A DNA stretch of 64,000 nucleotides from a virus. Location of the stretch: the IMG/VR virus record IMGVR_UViG_3300022074_000002. The stretch is one strand, 5' to 3'. Positions 18,801-25,817 of this stretch are shown here, piece after piece. The notes beneath the pieces were generated by a model that did no database searches, was not told the DNA's origin, and was given only the letters and a program-made list of their open reading frames with translations. Both the position numbers and the translations under genes were made by a program. Each line of letters opens with the position of its first letter. Position 1 is the first letter of the stretch.

Positions 18801-19079
18801 CCACAAACAGGTGATGTTGTAAGAATGATTGATGTAGGTGGTAACTTGAAGTATGACACAACATTAGTTATCAGAACTCCTGAGACTAGTGGAACACCAA
18901 TACAAGGTGACTCAACAGGAACACTATTTGGAGATAGATTAACTCCATATCCATCTGGTGAACTTGTAGTTCAGACTCCTAACGCAGGATTCGCATTAGT
19001 ATATCTTGGTGCAACCGATAGTAATGATCAAATAGGCATCCCAACCAGCGTACAAGGTTGGTGGTTAATGGAGGTATAA
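3849..19079 (+). CDS. giant virion structural / tail-fibre-like protein (5076 aa) with seven phycobiliprotein-like helical domains and beta-rich modules
   Basis: N-terminus MPLSRLDN..YLYVSPDDFNATD..NRGNS...PFKSIQRA typical of cyanomyovirus giant structural proteins; C-terminal VTLPAAPQTGDVVRMID..GWWLME baseplate-attachment-like motif; late promoter. Confidence 0.85.
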   Translation: MPLSRLDNLISSKTGKYLYVSPDDFNATDALSNRGNSPVVPFKSIQRAFLEIARYSYLPGFGNDRFDQFTIMLMPGIHYIDNRPGLVDTSGVDIFGFDQANNAWTDDSILDLSNSDNVYYKFNNTEGGAIIPRGSSLVGYDLRRTVVRPLYVPDPAVTEREIPRTAMFNVTGGCYFWQFTLKDGQTTSESPLYDAAAGTGKVYYDPSDFTRLAAPNYSHHKLTVFEYADTDELNLFYRKIAKAFSAYQPTIDDPGEFDTRVQENRIVGPLSDSRIIESLTLTDATTDPSIPASTTEVTVTTKVDHGYFQGQFVAIANTEIDDVLEGIFEIKEIDQNDARKFKYLVPFVTSGIGSNIVSGQTVSVDTTPALGQNAQALAEVDSVESASPYVFNVSIRSTWGICGIWANGLKATGFKSMVIAQYTGVSLQKDDRAFIRYDEYTNTWNQASLVDAFATVPYHTKGDAYYKDEWRNFHVRASEDSFIQCVSIFAVGFADHFLMESGGDMSITNSNSNFGNTSLHAIGFKGFAFNQDKGGFITDIIPPKTVVDNTASTKKISYYTIDIQGTLSTSQNYTKLFLGNEDIVDPLVRPAATIDGYRLGAKSDDKLYVKLDPAPGTDEFFNASLEPTGFVKYIAKGSILNPSGGVVNSVYADAANLIESNRRMIQEEVFGYILEKYPRLQNIPYVNPGLDPAGNRYFDARNLIAANRQYIVDTAFDDMIRTYGSAVIQGIGDGKCKRDIGLVVDAVAEDLRDGGNANVIAATREYFDGDGNPLTNGLVGEEDYATYAFRRARDLCKLAIANLLPNKADLYDPDPNSNLAPYGINVGKTGSQAELDGDTTNGVTIDLALKADPASRYKDARNRIVANKDFILDAAVAEISVYHPDFYHPTDTQTNSQSRLADAFRLIRRNSSEIRDKALAQIAVDHPNFYIDGDNQTDEGSRYASAYRLISKNRDQIVDTALAETTVQHPDYYFVGDQATDARSRYADGYRLIVQNRVEIVNTAWNDTFAQYPNHGQYEAKCKRDLDIFIEAIGLDLFVGGNKYARKFISEYFNAAGTTWIIGGLQGEEAESVFAFNKARDYMKLAVANQLSIQDLSVTPGPAQYGGGGGDIPNNQSGACDDVQSAIVTLTDIVTAQITAGNLSGLPSETSYISGPGEEKCRRDIGIFVDSVALDLFCKGNVYSHRFAAEFFTDNTTPEFSFNSAVYNTNFNKARDMIKKAITNQLYFKDNGTQGAIDRTADNAPGSAYGQVSRDYTPHGAAYTASTGDMVLDIANHDLSTGDYIKIADNSLTFTCSMDNNATNHTYPRTTDPVSGQYIEITSSTADTITVNVGASPIVEFTPTTGTTYDPNTGLMVLEIGAHNLTAGTNVKLKEESLVFSCGFGGATGAAAEKAYPRSNGNDPFFNTSIAIQSVTATTITLQVLTTVPSTNTDPHTFVSATTGAVESGGNYAHTFVSATSNAVNFGGNTENELIDAQSALCSDVQAATDTLTGIVTTILANGNLSTMPIEVNYGTGRGPGEVKCARDLGYFIDAISVDMYHEGNKHTREYTEQYFTNASTPLPNGLQGEESESITAYNTAIGEMKKAITNQLYYKDLTVTEGGSTYAGSTTDVGTPTNVTYDATTGTLVTTITGHGLANGDKIKFLENSLTLSCTMDGNTANKTYPRPTDPTFNTWLTVANKTNDTFEVNVGTSPLVTYTPTTGTTYDPNTGLMVLEIGAHDLTAGTSIKLAPNSLTFSCGYNGATGAAAEKSYPRSNGNDPFYNTAINIESVTGTTITLQVLTTVPSTNTDPHTFVSATAGAVIAGGNYAHTFVSATANAVRKQNSAITSRTSSSACSDVQSAIDTLGTIVTDAIAAGNITGGIWNNAANPGTLIPGEAKCRRDLGIVVEAVAQDLWFGGNEFTIAATKEYFKGNQLIANGVDNEVAPSVTAFKRAEDLMQRALNNQYYDRDLNITLDTIGDPPIVGDIECDAHDMVISNQLFIAKEAYERMRAAYPSYTPSTGNTAQDCLDDIYDVLRDVMWDVKFGGNYKTYSIAKGYITNDFNGKTYPQIIQDVERDEVAKVFQEVKNVAMQVIKNETVTVSAGNDLTQIIDNTIVDDWDDEELLPKCGSAVAAVDSLMDIIIGAIGTDAGVGNLNGIQRTTADGADPGWNTALNILSATATSITINVGASPAGEQYAHTFVAAQSGAVISGGNYDHKFVSATTGAVNVVNGAQITPTNATYDATSGLLVMYFGFAHGVTTGDSLSLDDNSLTFSCGMDQYGTTKTYPRASDPVQGQNVNPTAVTTYSITINVGTSPLVEHNVSNAVYDQTSGQLALTIGNHSLASGTSIKLKEESLIFTCTKDQNKTSHAYPRSAGKYQPSTYQDGNCSDVCATVNALLDILCNSINDGNLDALPPLNNGEWDCANVRSSIEVLFDILNDAITDGTLAGLPVLNTGDFTINNEASKCFRDVTYIVDAVVNDLRLGGNLNSIQAGEAYYVGNNLEYIDGEKTETLDAWDYVGQMATAAMRNFDVLAYNCSTNSGSAIVDVNDTRGIIIGMSVVEYTAGSYRDGDNAPGLLGNSPTPVYTTIPQGTYVKRIVSNTQVELGVNGSRLTEGVTVNALQNSTTIDLYFVYENGIWADTLPTTVTVGPESEGPEVIADTTTSPSSRECAGTANAIETLVGNITTIINSGLGTVTRQEQTVNTALLSSRATLFTIDVAGTGPSNPHNFETGTPVRLVPRPRFDQVTGKYVDVDKRLVRLPNGFETNRTYYVIAPGRVTQPENYGATTLFNGSDQTRLMLATSKENAAAGIYIYASETDSIDKDVEIDLYQFVLDDKYDLHNYSAELTNTVNAGIMTNVSHIFDVPNAGTTPQKAFIRAVEGGVLPLVSTTYANDSSVAVTDPQNSAIGRINPNVEFFTRYQNSKVITLHKSHADAINNVNPITFASGQSGTKFDVFANKRRSPMKFDPGFTDATATSGKWYIQCRDEVTGQPDNVKKNNIFWRIKESDYADRQRSTDMWYQRLEDNRIADERTYKLRMVIPSYLQNARDPINGFVIKTRTDDTRKLVPQKILLKPVVGSVYGARFQNPVDAGEFIGDTSGSYDPYRRDTTGAGIEYRAFAKFTSGIQATIESGRKVKDILDDSIEYLELTLFDHGVDTKNFPGLRNETFTTVKITSPQGGNFVTSKVNNLASSTNAVSFAGNSSGLANIHAYYTINGEHYIIIKNIRGGDLVYSEYANTRFTQGTVFADMLEDQDMGKSLPLKTQIAKNNPQFFYKQNGANVYTITPGDRIQDDAGVEYYVDSVDDVGVIEDTFYIFGYETLQQRISGQQDGIYYLTALRGNISPFPTGAGVTNNFKKFKFSQPVGKLYPLNYRNDPLWFNNSGTTQKEKDYYAGLIDPPQAYSAADNYVHGAVTVNDFKGSTTREMVADLTEQPAFIERSYTIEAQSGNAASGSEQRKIPIGGNGAVSITDTKYYVELRRPSIARAGNHTFEYLGFGPGNYSTGLPARQEVVLTPDEDFYAQSKKQDGGIVFYTGINSQGDLYIGNRRINAITGEETFIDRATLVDDGDEDDTLGGLVTTFDTPVTFNQNITVVGGDGELVNTFESPITIAVQDSDLTQARDALIIRSNVTSVDPVTQLEQDEGLDRTSFSPPTEGDIRISKNTIKSAVFQFNARGNGQGYLFQTHTVAGVASNITPNQSPLIANGGSRINAGQFVNYGGVLAKTGDVLLKGSEIGKSGSLGWILANYFAQIANNSIDNIVFDGSNVVKLEFRDFNSGVALTNQEIGITSSSQIRIKNFYYDPRLNLTWQIYAAKPGDPFSPTNNYCHFQVIDQIPQATQPWETIIAGTAVGATAPTIEFSNSNFKEVGVLGGEALRTETETIGDYKLGINTVARAPHSAYENAFVDNLTTDPRANLDVVGTAFISGRTTADFLQHTQFADRDKTAVDNALLVGGDSSAPNDISVFRIATTNSGRVGINVSNANLDRALVVAGTSRFTADARFEHDIEVNGDGVIAEIRTSQTTGTFNLVDDTTFVGTLNIGSQVTTANLFNDSTADQFIYVGGSSAHSNLWLGATPDSAGTSISKVEIGGAYANTNEDLSYTKIKTRNLRVDGDMWLGFRRASGDTVELKSQASQVDFFSNSGGPSIINFATNASEINVAGQGGKTTINNQLEVIASAKFNGDVHLCGGVASFAFTGGRAQLGTDIVSHEDGIISQALFNKNVDILNVLVKQTNEEGYNQVDTAGAGQWGGASYQNSINTGGAVEPIILSGLSGDEYYLPLKFAPVKANGDPYFGTNDYIIVDSATVGAGSSATSHPEILQVVELTRISEAPYYIKVKRQPFGAFGGVLSNHVDTTPIYKVNVQFDATWTEQALDNDTSATDSVYLSEFGGNLTSNDYIIVDRDDSPKVPEYIKVITSLDQQVQKFRVSNCADPDLDVFEVNSVTGEVQIGNPAVPGSIVTINSSLNMSGGCGTLSDISFLGDAAAGSNVITNVSITTSGKTINDIKKGDVLSVVTDSSPLFLLQDTAVDFVFGGAIYLTSNIIGAQSVTGTTFRASRNERLTTTDGGLNTTFDVDTCSGTTTIGTHAGRFDVNLAWSSSGSILTNADLPTALNASEIITYGYYADPQSIQGNGPNTTIISTAAGNSASVLQIAVQSLGEGTGKFAIGDLIAVGPLASFTGVTGQIEFMTITDVVDGTNTIVATRAQEGTVNMSHSAADVVRRVIKHETQSLVTDAQIRQRLVAGVSNDYLSVILERGYISQSKLDYKQWLRFRNTTTGVEILGIVTGRLYGKTHTSVMNEQVGDGAKSYREGSLNVTDNLTLAGGNFVIYDSVKQTKLFHFVNDDGHADHQGLLYWDAGVLARGDFFLYPSSCPENVLLTLNCTPSFSVDNLGNVTAKTTLTVTGVSSASPTESDVFSVQNLGINGGSEYTIKQDRSIDAFGLTNFTTSSGARHTRYLSAASPEADLSLIANIIYMVNVQNTQTLIVTLPAAPQTGDVVRMIDVGGNLKYDTTLVIRTPETSGTPIQGDSTGTLFGDRLTPYPSGELVVQTPNAGFALVYLGATDSNDQIGIPTSVQGWWLMEV
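6414..6929 (+). repeat. four tandem 129-nt (43-aa) repeats
   Basis: Arg codons of RYKDA, RLADA, RYASA, RYADG at 6414, 6543, 6672, 6801. Confidence 0.85.
7329..9494 (+). repeat. ~1.08-kb intragenic tandem duplication
   Basis: 7871-8240 and 8948-9317 are near-identical at DNA level (offset 1077); KCxRD Cys codons at 7329, 8421, 9495. Confidence 0.85.
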
Positions 19080-19082
19080 TAA

Positions 19083-20390
19083 ATGCCAAGTTACAACCGT
19101 ATAAAAGCACAGAAAGCCAGTCCCATAGGCACAATAATGCCATGGACTGGTAGTACAAGTGAGTCAGCACTGTCTCCAGATGCCATACCGAAAGGTTGGA
19201 TCGTCTGTAATGGTAGTCAACTCAAAGCAAGAGATTATCCTTTATTGGCACAAATATTGGGTAATTTATACGGTCCTATAGTAGAGACTGGTCAACCATT
19301 TATTGGTATATCAAATTCATATCCATCCTATAACGATGATGATGTGTTTAATCTACCAACACTAAATCAACAAGCACTCATAGATTTAGAAAGTAATCAA
19401 TTAACTCCACAAGAATTACAGGTCATAGGACCTTATGTTTCACTGAATGGATTTGAGGGTCAGCAACCATTATCAAATGTACTATCATATATTGATGTAC
19501 AATTTCAAGCAGCAGTTGAGTCTGAACTAGCAGGAAAGATAAAAGGTATTACTCTCGAACCTCCATCATATTTTGATACCATTAGAACTATACCTAGAAA
19601 ACTAGGTGTTGAACATACTGCAACACATACACACCCAAGACCACCAGATGGTTTTTATCCATCAGTAGAAATAGGTGGTGGTTATCTTGGATTATTTGAT
19701 GCTGGATATTTTGAAGTTGCAAGTTCAGAATATACAACGGGATCTGACACGGGTGCTACCGCTGCTGAACCATTAGCAGATAGATATGATCCTGGTGTAG
19801 TTACATGGACTGCATATGACCCTGCTGTTGATTCACTTCCATCATTAAATAACCATAAACATTTTGGTAATGCTTCCAACGTAATTCCAGCAGTGCCATC
19901 AGTTCCTAGGACAGTACAGGCATATGGACAAACAGTTTCATATCAAGATGACAACTCATGTATTGTACCAGTACAACAACCAGCAGTTACTGCTCCATTT
20001 CCACCACCTGGCACATACTTAGGACAAAGAAACTATTATGTATCTGATCAAGTTCCATTAGCAAGAAGAGGTAATGGTTCTACTCCTCCAACTACTGATG
20101 AGGGAGATTATTTTGGCGTACCTCCAGAGGCAGTTGGTAGAGATTTTCCATATCCTACCACATTAAATCATACTGGTGATGCATTCACTGCTAACTCATT
20201 AGGATCTCACAATCATTTCACTATTGATATTGCAATGACGTTAGGACAAATGAATTTACCTAACACTATACTCATAAATAATATGACTACTGGAAACTTA
20301 GAACCAATAGATGTAGACAGAGGATTGAGTGTACAGATTAATCCTAACACACCATCCTTAGTCGTACTGTATATCATCAGAGCATACTAA
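19083..20390 (+). CDS. tail fibre protein with phage tail collar domain
   Basis: PIGTIMPWTG..P.GWIVCNG..L...DYPLLAQILG..YG...FNLP collar motif; HTH and HNH metal motifs; C-terminal VVLYIIRAY. Confidence 0.85.
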   Translation: MPSYNRIKAQKASPIGTIMPWTGSTSESALSPDAIPKGWIVCNGSQLKARDYPLLAQILGNLYGPIVETGQPFIGISNSYPSYNDDDVFNLPTLNQQALIDLESNQLTPQELQVIGPYVSLNGFEGQQPLSNVLSYIDVQFQAAVESELAGKIKGITLEPPSYFDTIRTIPRKLGVEHTATHTHPRPPDGFYPSVEIGGGYLGLFDAGYFEVASSEYTTGSDTGATAAEPLADRYDPGVVTWTAYDPAVDSLPSLNNHKHFGNASNVIPAVPSVPRTVQAYGQTVSYQDDNSCIVPVQQPAVTAPFPPPGTYLGQRNYYVSDQVPLARRGNGSTPPTTDEGDYFGVPPEAVGRDFPYPTTLNHTGDAFTANSLGSHNHFTIDIAMTLGQMNLPNTILINNMTTGNLEPIDVDRGLSVQINPNTPSLVVLYIIRAY

Positions 20391-21793
20391 TGGCAGTATT
20401 ATATTCAAAAGAAAAAGGAAAATTAGGAACTCTTACTGGTTCTATTATAAACTGGTCTAATCAATTATCATCATCAGACCCAGAGGATCCTACTTTAGCA
20501 CAAACTCTTCCTGCTGGTTATTTGAGATGTGATGGTGCAGTCTATCAGGCAGAAGTATTTCCAGAACTTGCTACCATATTAGGCACAGGTATAAACTGTA
20601 GATATAAAAAACCAGATACAACATTACTTGACAATCAATTTCAAGTGCCAGATCTTGGATCAAAGTCTACAAAGACATCATTTTCATCAAACTTAGGAAC
20701 TTATCTTGACACATATTTGGACAATGACGCAGGACAAGAGATAACTAAATCTGGTGTAGGACTAGATGTAACCAGTAATATTGGTACTACATTTACTGTA
20801 CAGTATCAAGGTAATTTCTTCCTGCCATCACAGACAATTGAAATTACAGGACAACCTGGATTCACTAAGTCTAGTGGTAACTACACAGAAGAGACAGAAG
20901 TATTAGCAACAGCATTCCAACCACATGCTCACTTCCATGATGGTAAAAGATCAAGGACTGCATCATCAACAAATGAATTTGGTTTGTTTGGTAGAAACTC
21001 ATACTCATCTAAGTCTAGTTTGTGTATCATGCCATGGGTAAATAACACTAAGCAACCATTATGTCAGGCAGCAGCATCAGCGATAGTTGCATCAAGACAA
21101 CAGAGAGTTATAACAGTATCATGTTTTGGATTCTTTAGTAGTCCTCCTCCTGAGGTTCACACATGGTTTGGTGGTTGTTGGTCAGGTTGTAACTTTGATC
21201 AGACATCTAAGTGTTTGATACCTGGTGATATCCCTGAGCTAGATCCAGCAGGATCTGGTGTACCAACAGGAACTACATTGCAATATGAATGTTCCACTCT
21301 AGGTACAAAATCTACTACAGGATTTCCAATCTACGTACCTGGCGGTGCTGCATCAGGACAATGTGGTAACATCACGTATAACGGTGAGATGTCATGTAAA
21401 ACTGAAAACAGATGTGGTATTGGTGGTGCTAGTTGTACACAGTTTGATGCTAGTATCAGTGGTAATGCTGCATGGGCATCATTAGTTCCAAACTATACAC
21501 CATCTTTAGTATCAGCAGCAACTCAAGTGCCATTTGATGGAACAGCAAACACTGTTTCATATGGTGCTCTTAATAATATTGTTACTGATGTAGAAGAGTT
21601 TGGTAATGAGTGTGTGCACAAACACTTGGTTCCTTTCAATCAAGAACCACACACATATCAAGTCAAGACACAACCAGCATATATTCCTGGTGGTAATATA
21701 ACATCAACACTTAACATTGATGTGAACGCAGAAAACAAAGCAGATGGTTACATACAACCATTTCTAGTCCAAGAATTTTTAATTAAGTATTAA
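20390..21793 (+). CDS. tail fibre protein with collar domain and Cys-rich insert
   Basis: GYLRCDGAVY....FPELATILG..FQVPDLG; HAHFH, HKH; ends PFLVQEFLIKY. Confidence 0.85.
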   Translation: MAVLYSKEKGKLGTLTGSIINWSNQLSSSDPEDPTLAQTLPAGYLRCDGAVYQAEVFPELATILGTGINCRYKKPDTTLLDNQFQVPDLGSKSTKTSFSSNLGTYLDTYLDNDAGQEITKSGVGLDVTSNIGTTFTVQYQGNFFLPSQTIEITGQPGFTKSSGNYTEETEVLATAFQPHAHFHDGKRSRTASSTNEFGLFGRNSYSSKSSLCIMPWVNNTKQPLCQAAASAIVASRQQRVITVSCFGFFSSPPPEVHTWFGGCWSGCNFDQTSKCLIPGDIPELDPAGSGVPTGTTLQYECSTLGTKSTTGFPIYVPGGAASGQCGNITYNGEMSCKTENRCGIGGASCTQFDASISGNAAWASLVPNYTPSLVSAATQVPFDGTANTVSYGALNNIVTDVEEFGNECVHKHLVPFNQEPHTYQVKTQPAYIPGGNITSTLNIDVNAENKADGYIQPFLVQEFLIKY

Positions 21794-21794
21794 G

Positions 21795-24700
21795 ATGGCA
21801 ACATACAGGAATTCATTTGCAAATTATTTTTCCGATAAGACTGGTAATCATTCTCCTGTCGGATCAATTCTTCCTGTCTTTGCTGACCTTAACTTAGCAT
21901 CAGAAGAACCTGAGTACACATATCCACAGCATCTATATTGTGATGGTAAAGAACTATTGATTCGTGACTATCCAGAATTATACAGCATCATACAAAATAG
22001 ATATGGTGGATCTGCAAGTGTAGCAAAAACACAGAACAATCAGCCAGGTGGATTAAGAAGATCATATATTATAAACAATAAATTATTTTTCCAGTTTTAT
22101 TATGATAGCACTAACGATAAGGCAAATGTAAAGAGACCATATCCTTTTGGATCAGTGTTTAGATTTGCTACGTCTGGAACTGGTGTGTTTGGTGCATTTC
22201 CAGGTGGTGTTGTATTTAATCAAAACACATTCTATTCATTAATACAACCAACAGAAGACGTCACTGCACAAGCACAGGCAAATGAATTTACATATGAGTT
22301 GACACTACCAGATAATGTTGACTTATCAACTGTTACAGCATCAGATTATACAAAAGATTTTACAGGTAGTGATGCTCATCCTCTTATTATTATACAGAAA
22401 TCATTTACTCTACAAGACTATCCATATAATGTTGGTACGTTTAATCTACCAGACTATAGACAAAAAAAGATACTTGGATTTGGTAACGTAAACGGAGCAG
22501 GAACATCAACACCAGAGAATGCAGTCAACAACTTTGTTGGACAGACTGGTGGTAATTGGTACATTCCTAAGTCAACACTAATTGATAGTGGAGAGTTCTT
22601 TGTTATTGGTGATGTTAGAACTACAGGATATACTACAATAACTGCTGACATTGCTGCATATATTACAGGAACTGTCAAGTATCAGATAGGACCTATGGAT
22701 GACTATGTTTTTCCATTCCCTCCTACACATGGTCATAGAATATTATCTGTTGAGGTTGATCAAACAAAACAGGCAGAGCAAGGACCTACAGAGATTGATA
22801 AGTTTGCAGTCAATTATATTGATAGTAGAGCAAATATTAATATATTTGAACCACAAGGAACAGCTGGTGGTGCGTTAGGTCACTCACATGGTTTGATTGG
22901 TGTACCATTACAGAACTCACAGGCAGCAACATATGGTAATAGTAATGGTATCGGTGACAGAGCAGGAACATCTGGTGATCAACAATATCAATACTTGGTA
23001 TCAGAGTCAGCAAGTGTAGTCGTAACTGCTATAACATATGATGCTAATACTAACTACATCACTATCAATACAGACGGATCACATAATTTATCAGTCGGTG
23101 ATATAATAACAGTCGAAGGTTCACTACAAAGTTTTTATAATGGTAACTTTACAGTTATAGCAGACGCATTCTCTAATGATAGTCTTAATGTATTACCAAG
23201 AGATGGTGAGACACCATCATCATCCCCTGCTACAGGGAGTATGAGAGTTAAATTAGCAAATGGTTATTTTGTAGAGACACCAACAACAGCACCACCAAGA
23301 GCATATGTAGTTGATAACAATACACTGGTTGGTGGAAAGCAAGTAGTATATGAAATACCTGGCAACGCTATTACTATTAAAGAAGAAACATTTATTACAC
23401 CACAAGCATCAGTCGTAACAGCACCCGCTGCTAGTGAAGGAGACGTAACTGGAACATATATTCAAGTACAGGCACCAGGCGGTGGTGGTGCAGATAGTGA
23501 TACAGATGGAGCAACCGCAGGATATTGTGAGATAGGTCTAACAGTCGATAATAACTTCTATATTATTAAAGTTAATGGTGGTAATGGTGCAACATCAGGT
23601 GCTGGAGGTGGTGCTGGAGGAGCAGGAGGTAGTGTTGAAGTACCACAAGCATTATTAGATGACACTAGATTTCAAATATCAGTTACCGATGGAGACGCAG
23701 GAGACGATGGTGGTGTTACAGGTAATGGAAGTAACGATCCAGCTGGTGGTGGAGTTGGAGGTTTTGTTCAAGCAGGAGACTATACTACAGGTGGATATGG
23801 AACTGCACAAATAAAAGAACAAACAAATAGTCAATCACAAACAACATATACAAATAATGGATCATGGACAATACCATCAGTGCCTGGTAATGAAGTTTCA
23901 AGAAGCATAACAGTTGAAATATCAGGTGGTGGTGGAGGTGCTGGTAATGCTAACGCTAACTCTGGATGTACAGGACAATGGCCAGGTTGGCCACAAGCAC
24001 TAACAGGTAGAACTGGTGCACTTGGTGGATATGGTGGTAGAGGATCAAGATTAGTTGGTACATTAACATATGGTGCTGGAACTCTTAGTTGGGAACTAGG
24101 TAATGGTGGTAATAGTGGTTTCAACAGGAGATCAGGAACATCTGGTGCGGGAACAACTGGTAATGACCCTGCTACAGGACAACCATGGGGACCTCCATGG
24201 CCAGGTGGTGTTGGTACAGGTGGAGAACCTAATGGTTCAACTGCATCAGTTACTGGTGCATCTGGATGTATCTCTGGTATTGGAGGACCTGGTGCATGGG
24301 GTAATGGTGCTACTGCTGGTTCTGGTGGTGGTGTTACAGGTTTATTTTATGATGGAGTTTGCATCGCTGGAGCTGGCGGTGGAGGCGGTGGCGGTGGATC
24401 AGGTGGTGGTAACAACGGTGGTGGTACTGTTGATGGTTGCTATCCTGGTGGTGACGCTACAGGACCTGCACAGGCACTCATTGCTACATCTGGAGTTTTA
24501 GACTTTGCCAATGGTGGTAATGGTTCTGGTGGTGGATGCTCTGCTGGTGGTGGTGGAGGTGGTGGATCCGCATGTGGTATCATCAACGTAACACCTGGTG
24601 GTGTTGGTGGACAAGCGGGTGTCGGACACAATGGTAATGGTGGTGGTACTGGTGGACGTAGAGGTATATCTGCATATAGAACAACATATTGGTCTGGTGG

Positions 24701-25817
24701 TGTATCTGAATCAGCAGATGGTGCGTTACCAACAGAAAAAGGATATGTAAAAATACAATTCTCAAACGTCACAACATATTATGACAACACAGGTGGTGGT
24801 GGAGGACAAGGTGGTGCTTGTACCATATCATTCACAGGAATAACAACTAACGTCACAGTCAACTTACAAGACAGAGGTCTAGGTGGTGGTACTGGTGGTG
24901 ATGGTGCGGGTGGAAACATATATGTAAGATACTTTGGACAAGAGGAAGGAACAACATTACCTGGCGATATCACTGTACCAACAGGAGTATACTATGAGTG
25001 TGATACAAGTGGTGATGCACAAGGAACAGCATTTGATGCAGACGTATGGTTATCATCAACAGATGCTGGCATTAAACAAAAACAATTTGGTATAGGAACA
25101 GGAAATAATAGTGGTTTTAGTGGTAGTGTAATACCATTTAATACTAATCAAAAAATACAAAGGTACATAGAATTTACAGGCAGTGCATCAGATGCAGGGG
25201 GTAAGAGACAGTTAGAGGTAGGAACATTTGATTTTACAAATGTCAATGCTATTAGATTTACTGTAATTAGAGGTAGTGATCAAAATGGTGGAGAGAATCC
25301 AGACCAAGCACTGAATATATTCTATAAGAGAGGATCATCTAACAATGTCACATTATTCAGTCAAATATTATTAGCAGCAGATGTTAATCCTAATTGGCAA
25401 GATGTAACCATTCCAATAGCAGAAGGAGATGCTTTCAGAGCTAATGAAATAACATTAATTATTGAACAGGATAGAGGACCTACGTATCAAACAGCAACAT
25501 CAACAGATGATAACTATGGACTAGCAGCAATAACAACATTCTTTGCTTCAACAACAACCAATACATTCATATCTACTGGTGGAGCAACACTAACAGGTAA
25601 CTTAGATCTTGGTGGTAATGATATTAATTCTGATGATGGTATTGATCAGGTAAGAAGAGAAGTATCAGCAGTTGGTGCAGCACTCACAGTTGGTGATGGT
25701 ACATTTACAATGTCATCATCTACACCTATAACTACGACTGCAACCGTGACTGCAGAGAATAACATTCCTCTCATCACTAAATACCATAGGGTAAAGTATT
25801 TAATTAAGGCACTATAA
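21795..25817 (+). CDS. tail fibre protein with split collar domain and glycine-rich region
   Basis: PVGSILP..LYCDG..L.IRDYPELYSII...FNLPDYR; HGH, HSH; long GGGG runs; ends VKYLIKAL. Confidence 0.85.
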   Translation: MATYRNSFANYFSDKTGNHSPVGSILPVFADLNLASEEPEYTYPQHLYCDGKELLIRDYPELYSIIQNRYGGSASVAKTQNNQPGGLRRSYIINNKLFFQFYYDSTNDKANVKRPYPFGSVFRFATSGTGVFGAFPGGVVFNQNTFYSLIQPTEDVTAQAQANEFTYELTLPDNVDLSTVTASDYTKDFTGSDAHPLIIIQKSFTLQDYPYNVGTFNLPDYRQKKILGFGNVNGAGTSTPENAVNNFVGQTGGNWYIPKSTLIDSGEFFVIGDVRTTGYTTITADIAAYITGTVKYQIGPMDDYVFPFPPTHGHRILSVEVDQTKQAEQGPTEIDKFAVNYIDSRANINIFEPQGTAGGALGHSHGLIGVPLQNSQAATYGNSNGIGDRAGTSGDQQYQYLVSESASVVVTAITYDANTNYITINTDGSHNLSVGDIITVEGSLQSFYNGNFTVIADAFSNDSLNVLPRDGETPSSSPATGSMRVKLANGYFVETPTTAPPRAYVVDNNTLVGGKQVVYEIPGNAITIKEETFITPQASVVTAPAASEGDVTGTYIQVQAPGGGGADSDTDGATAGYCEIGLTVDNNFYIIKVNGGNGATSGAGGGAGGAGGSVEVPQALLDDTRFQISVTDGDAGDDGGVTGNGSNDPAGGGVGGFVQAGDYTTGGYGTAQIKEQTNSQSQTTYTNNGSWTIPSVPGNEVSRSITVEISGGGGGAGNANANSGCTGQWPGWPQALTGRTGALGGYGGRGSRLVGTLTYGAGTLSWELGNGGNSGFNRRSGTSGAGTTGNDPATGQPWGPPWPGGVGTGGEPNGSTASVTGASGCISGIGGPGAWGNGATAGSGGGVTGLFYDGVCIAGAGGGGGGGGSGGGNNGGGTVDGCYPGGDATGPAQALIATSGVLDFANGGNGSGGGCSAGGGGGGGSACGIINVTPGGVGGQAGVGHNGNGGGTGGRRGISAYRTTYWSGGVSESADGALPTEKGYVKIQFSNVTTYYDNTGGGGGQGGACTISFTGITTNVTVNLQDRGLGGGTGGDGAGGNIYVRYFGQEEGTTLPGDITVPTGVYYECDTSGDAQGTAFDADVWLSSTDAGIKQKQFGIGTGNNSGFSGSVIPFNTNQKIQRYIEFTGSASDAGGKRQLEVGTFDFTNVNAIRFTVIRGSDQNGGENPDQALNIFYKRGSSNNVTLFSQILLAADVNPNWQDVTIPIAEGDAFRANEITLIIEQDRGPTYQTATSTDDNYGLAAITTFFASTTTNTFISTGGATLTGNLDLGGNDINSDDGIDQVRREVSAVGAALTVGDGTFTMSSSTPITTTATVTAENNIPLITKYHRVKYLIKAL

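Noticed and set aside
3849-19079. Inteins or introns in the giant ORFs
   Set aside because: No C..HN/C splice junctions or LAGLIDADG blocks recognised; reading frames are continuous
2869-19079. cpeT and the giant gene as one operon
   Set aside because: A terminator (3770-3795) and a separate late promoter intervene; only adjacency is claimed
23470-24930. GGTGGT-rich tandem-looking DNA
   Set aside because: Simply encodes the poly-Gly region of the fibre; not a DNA repeat element or CRISPR
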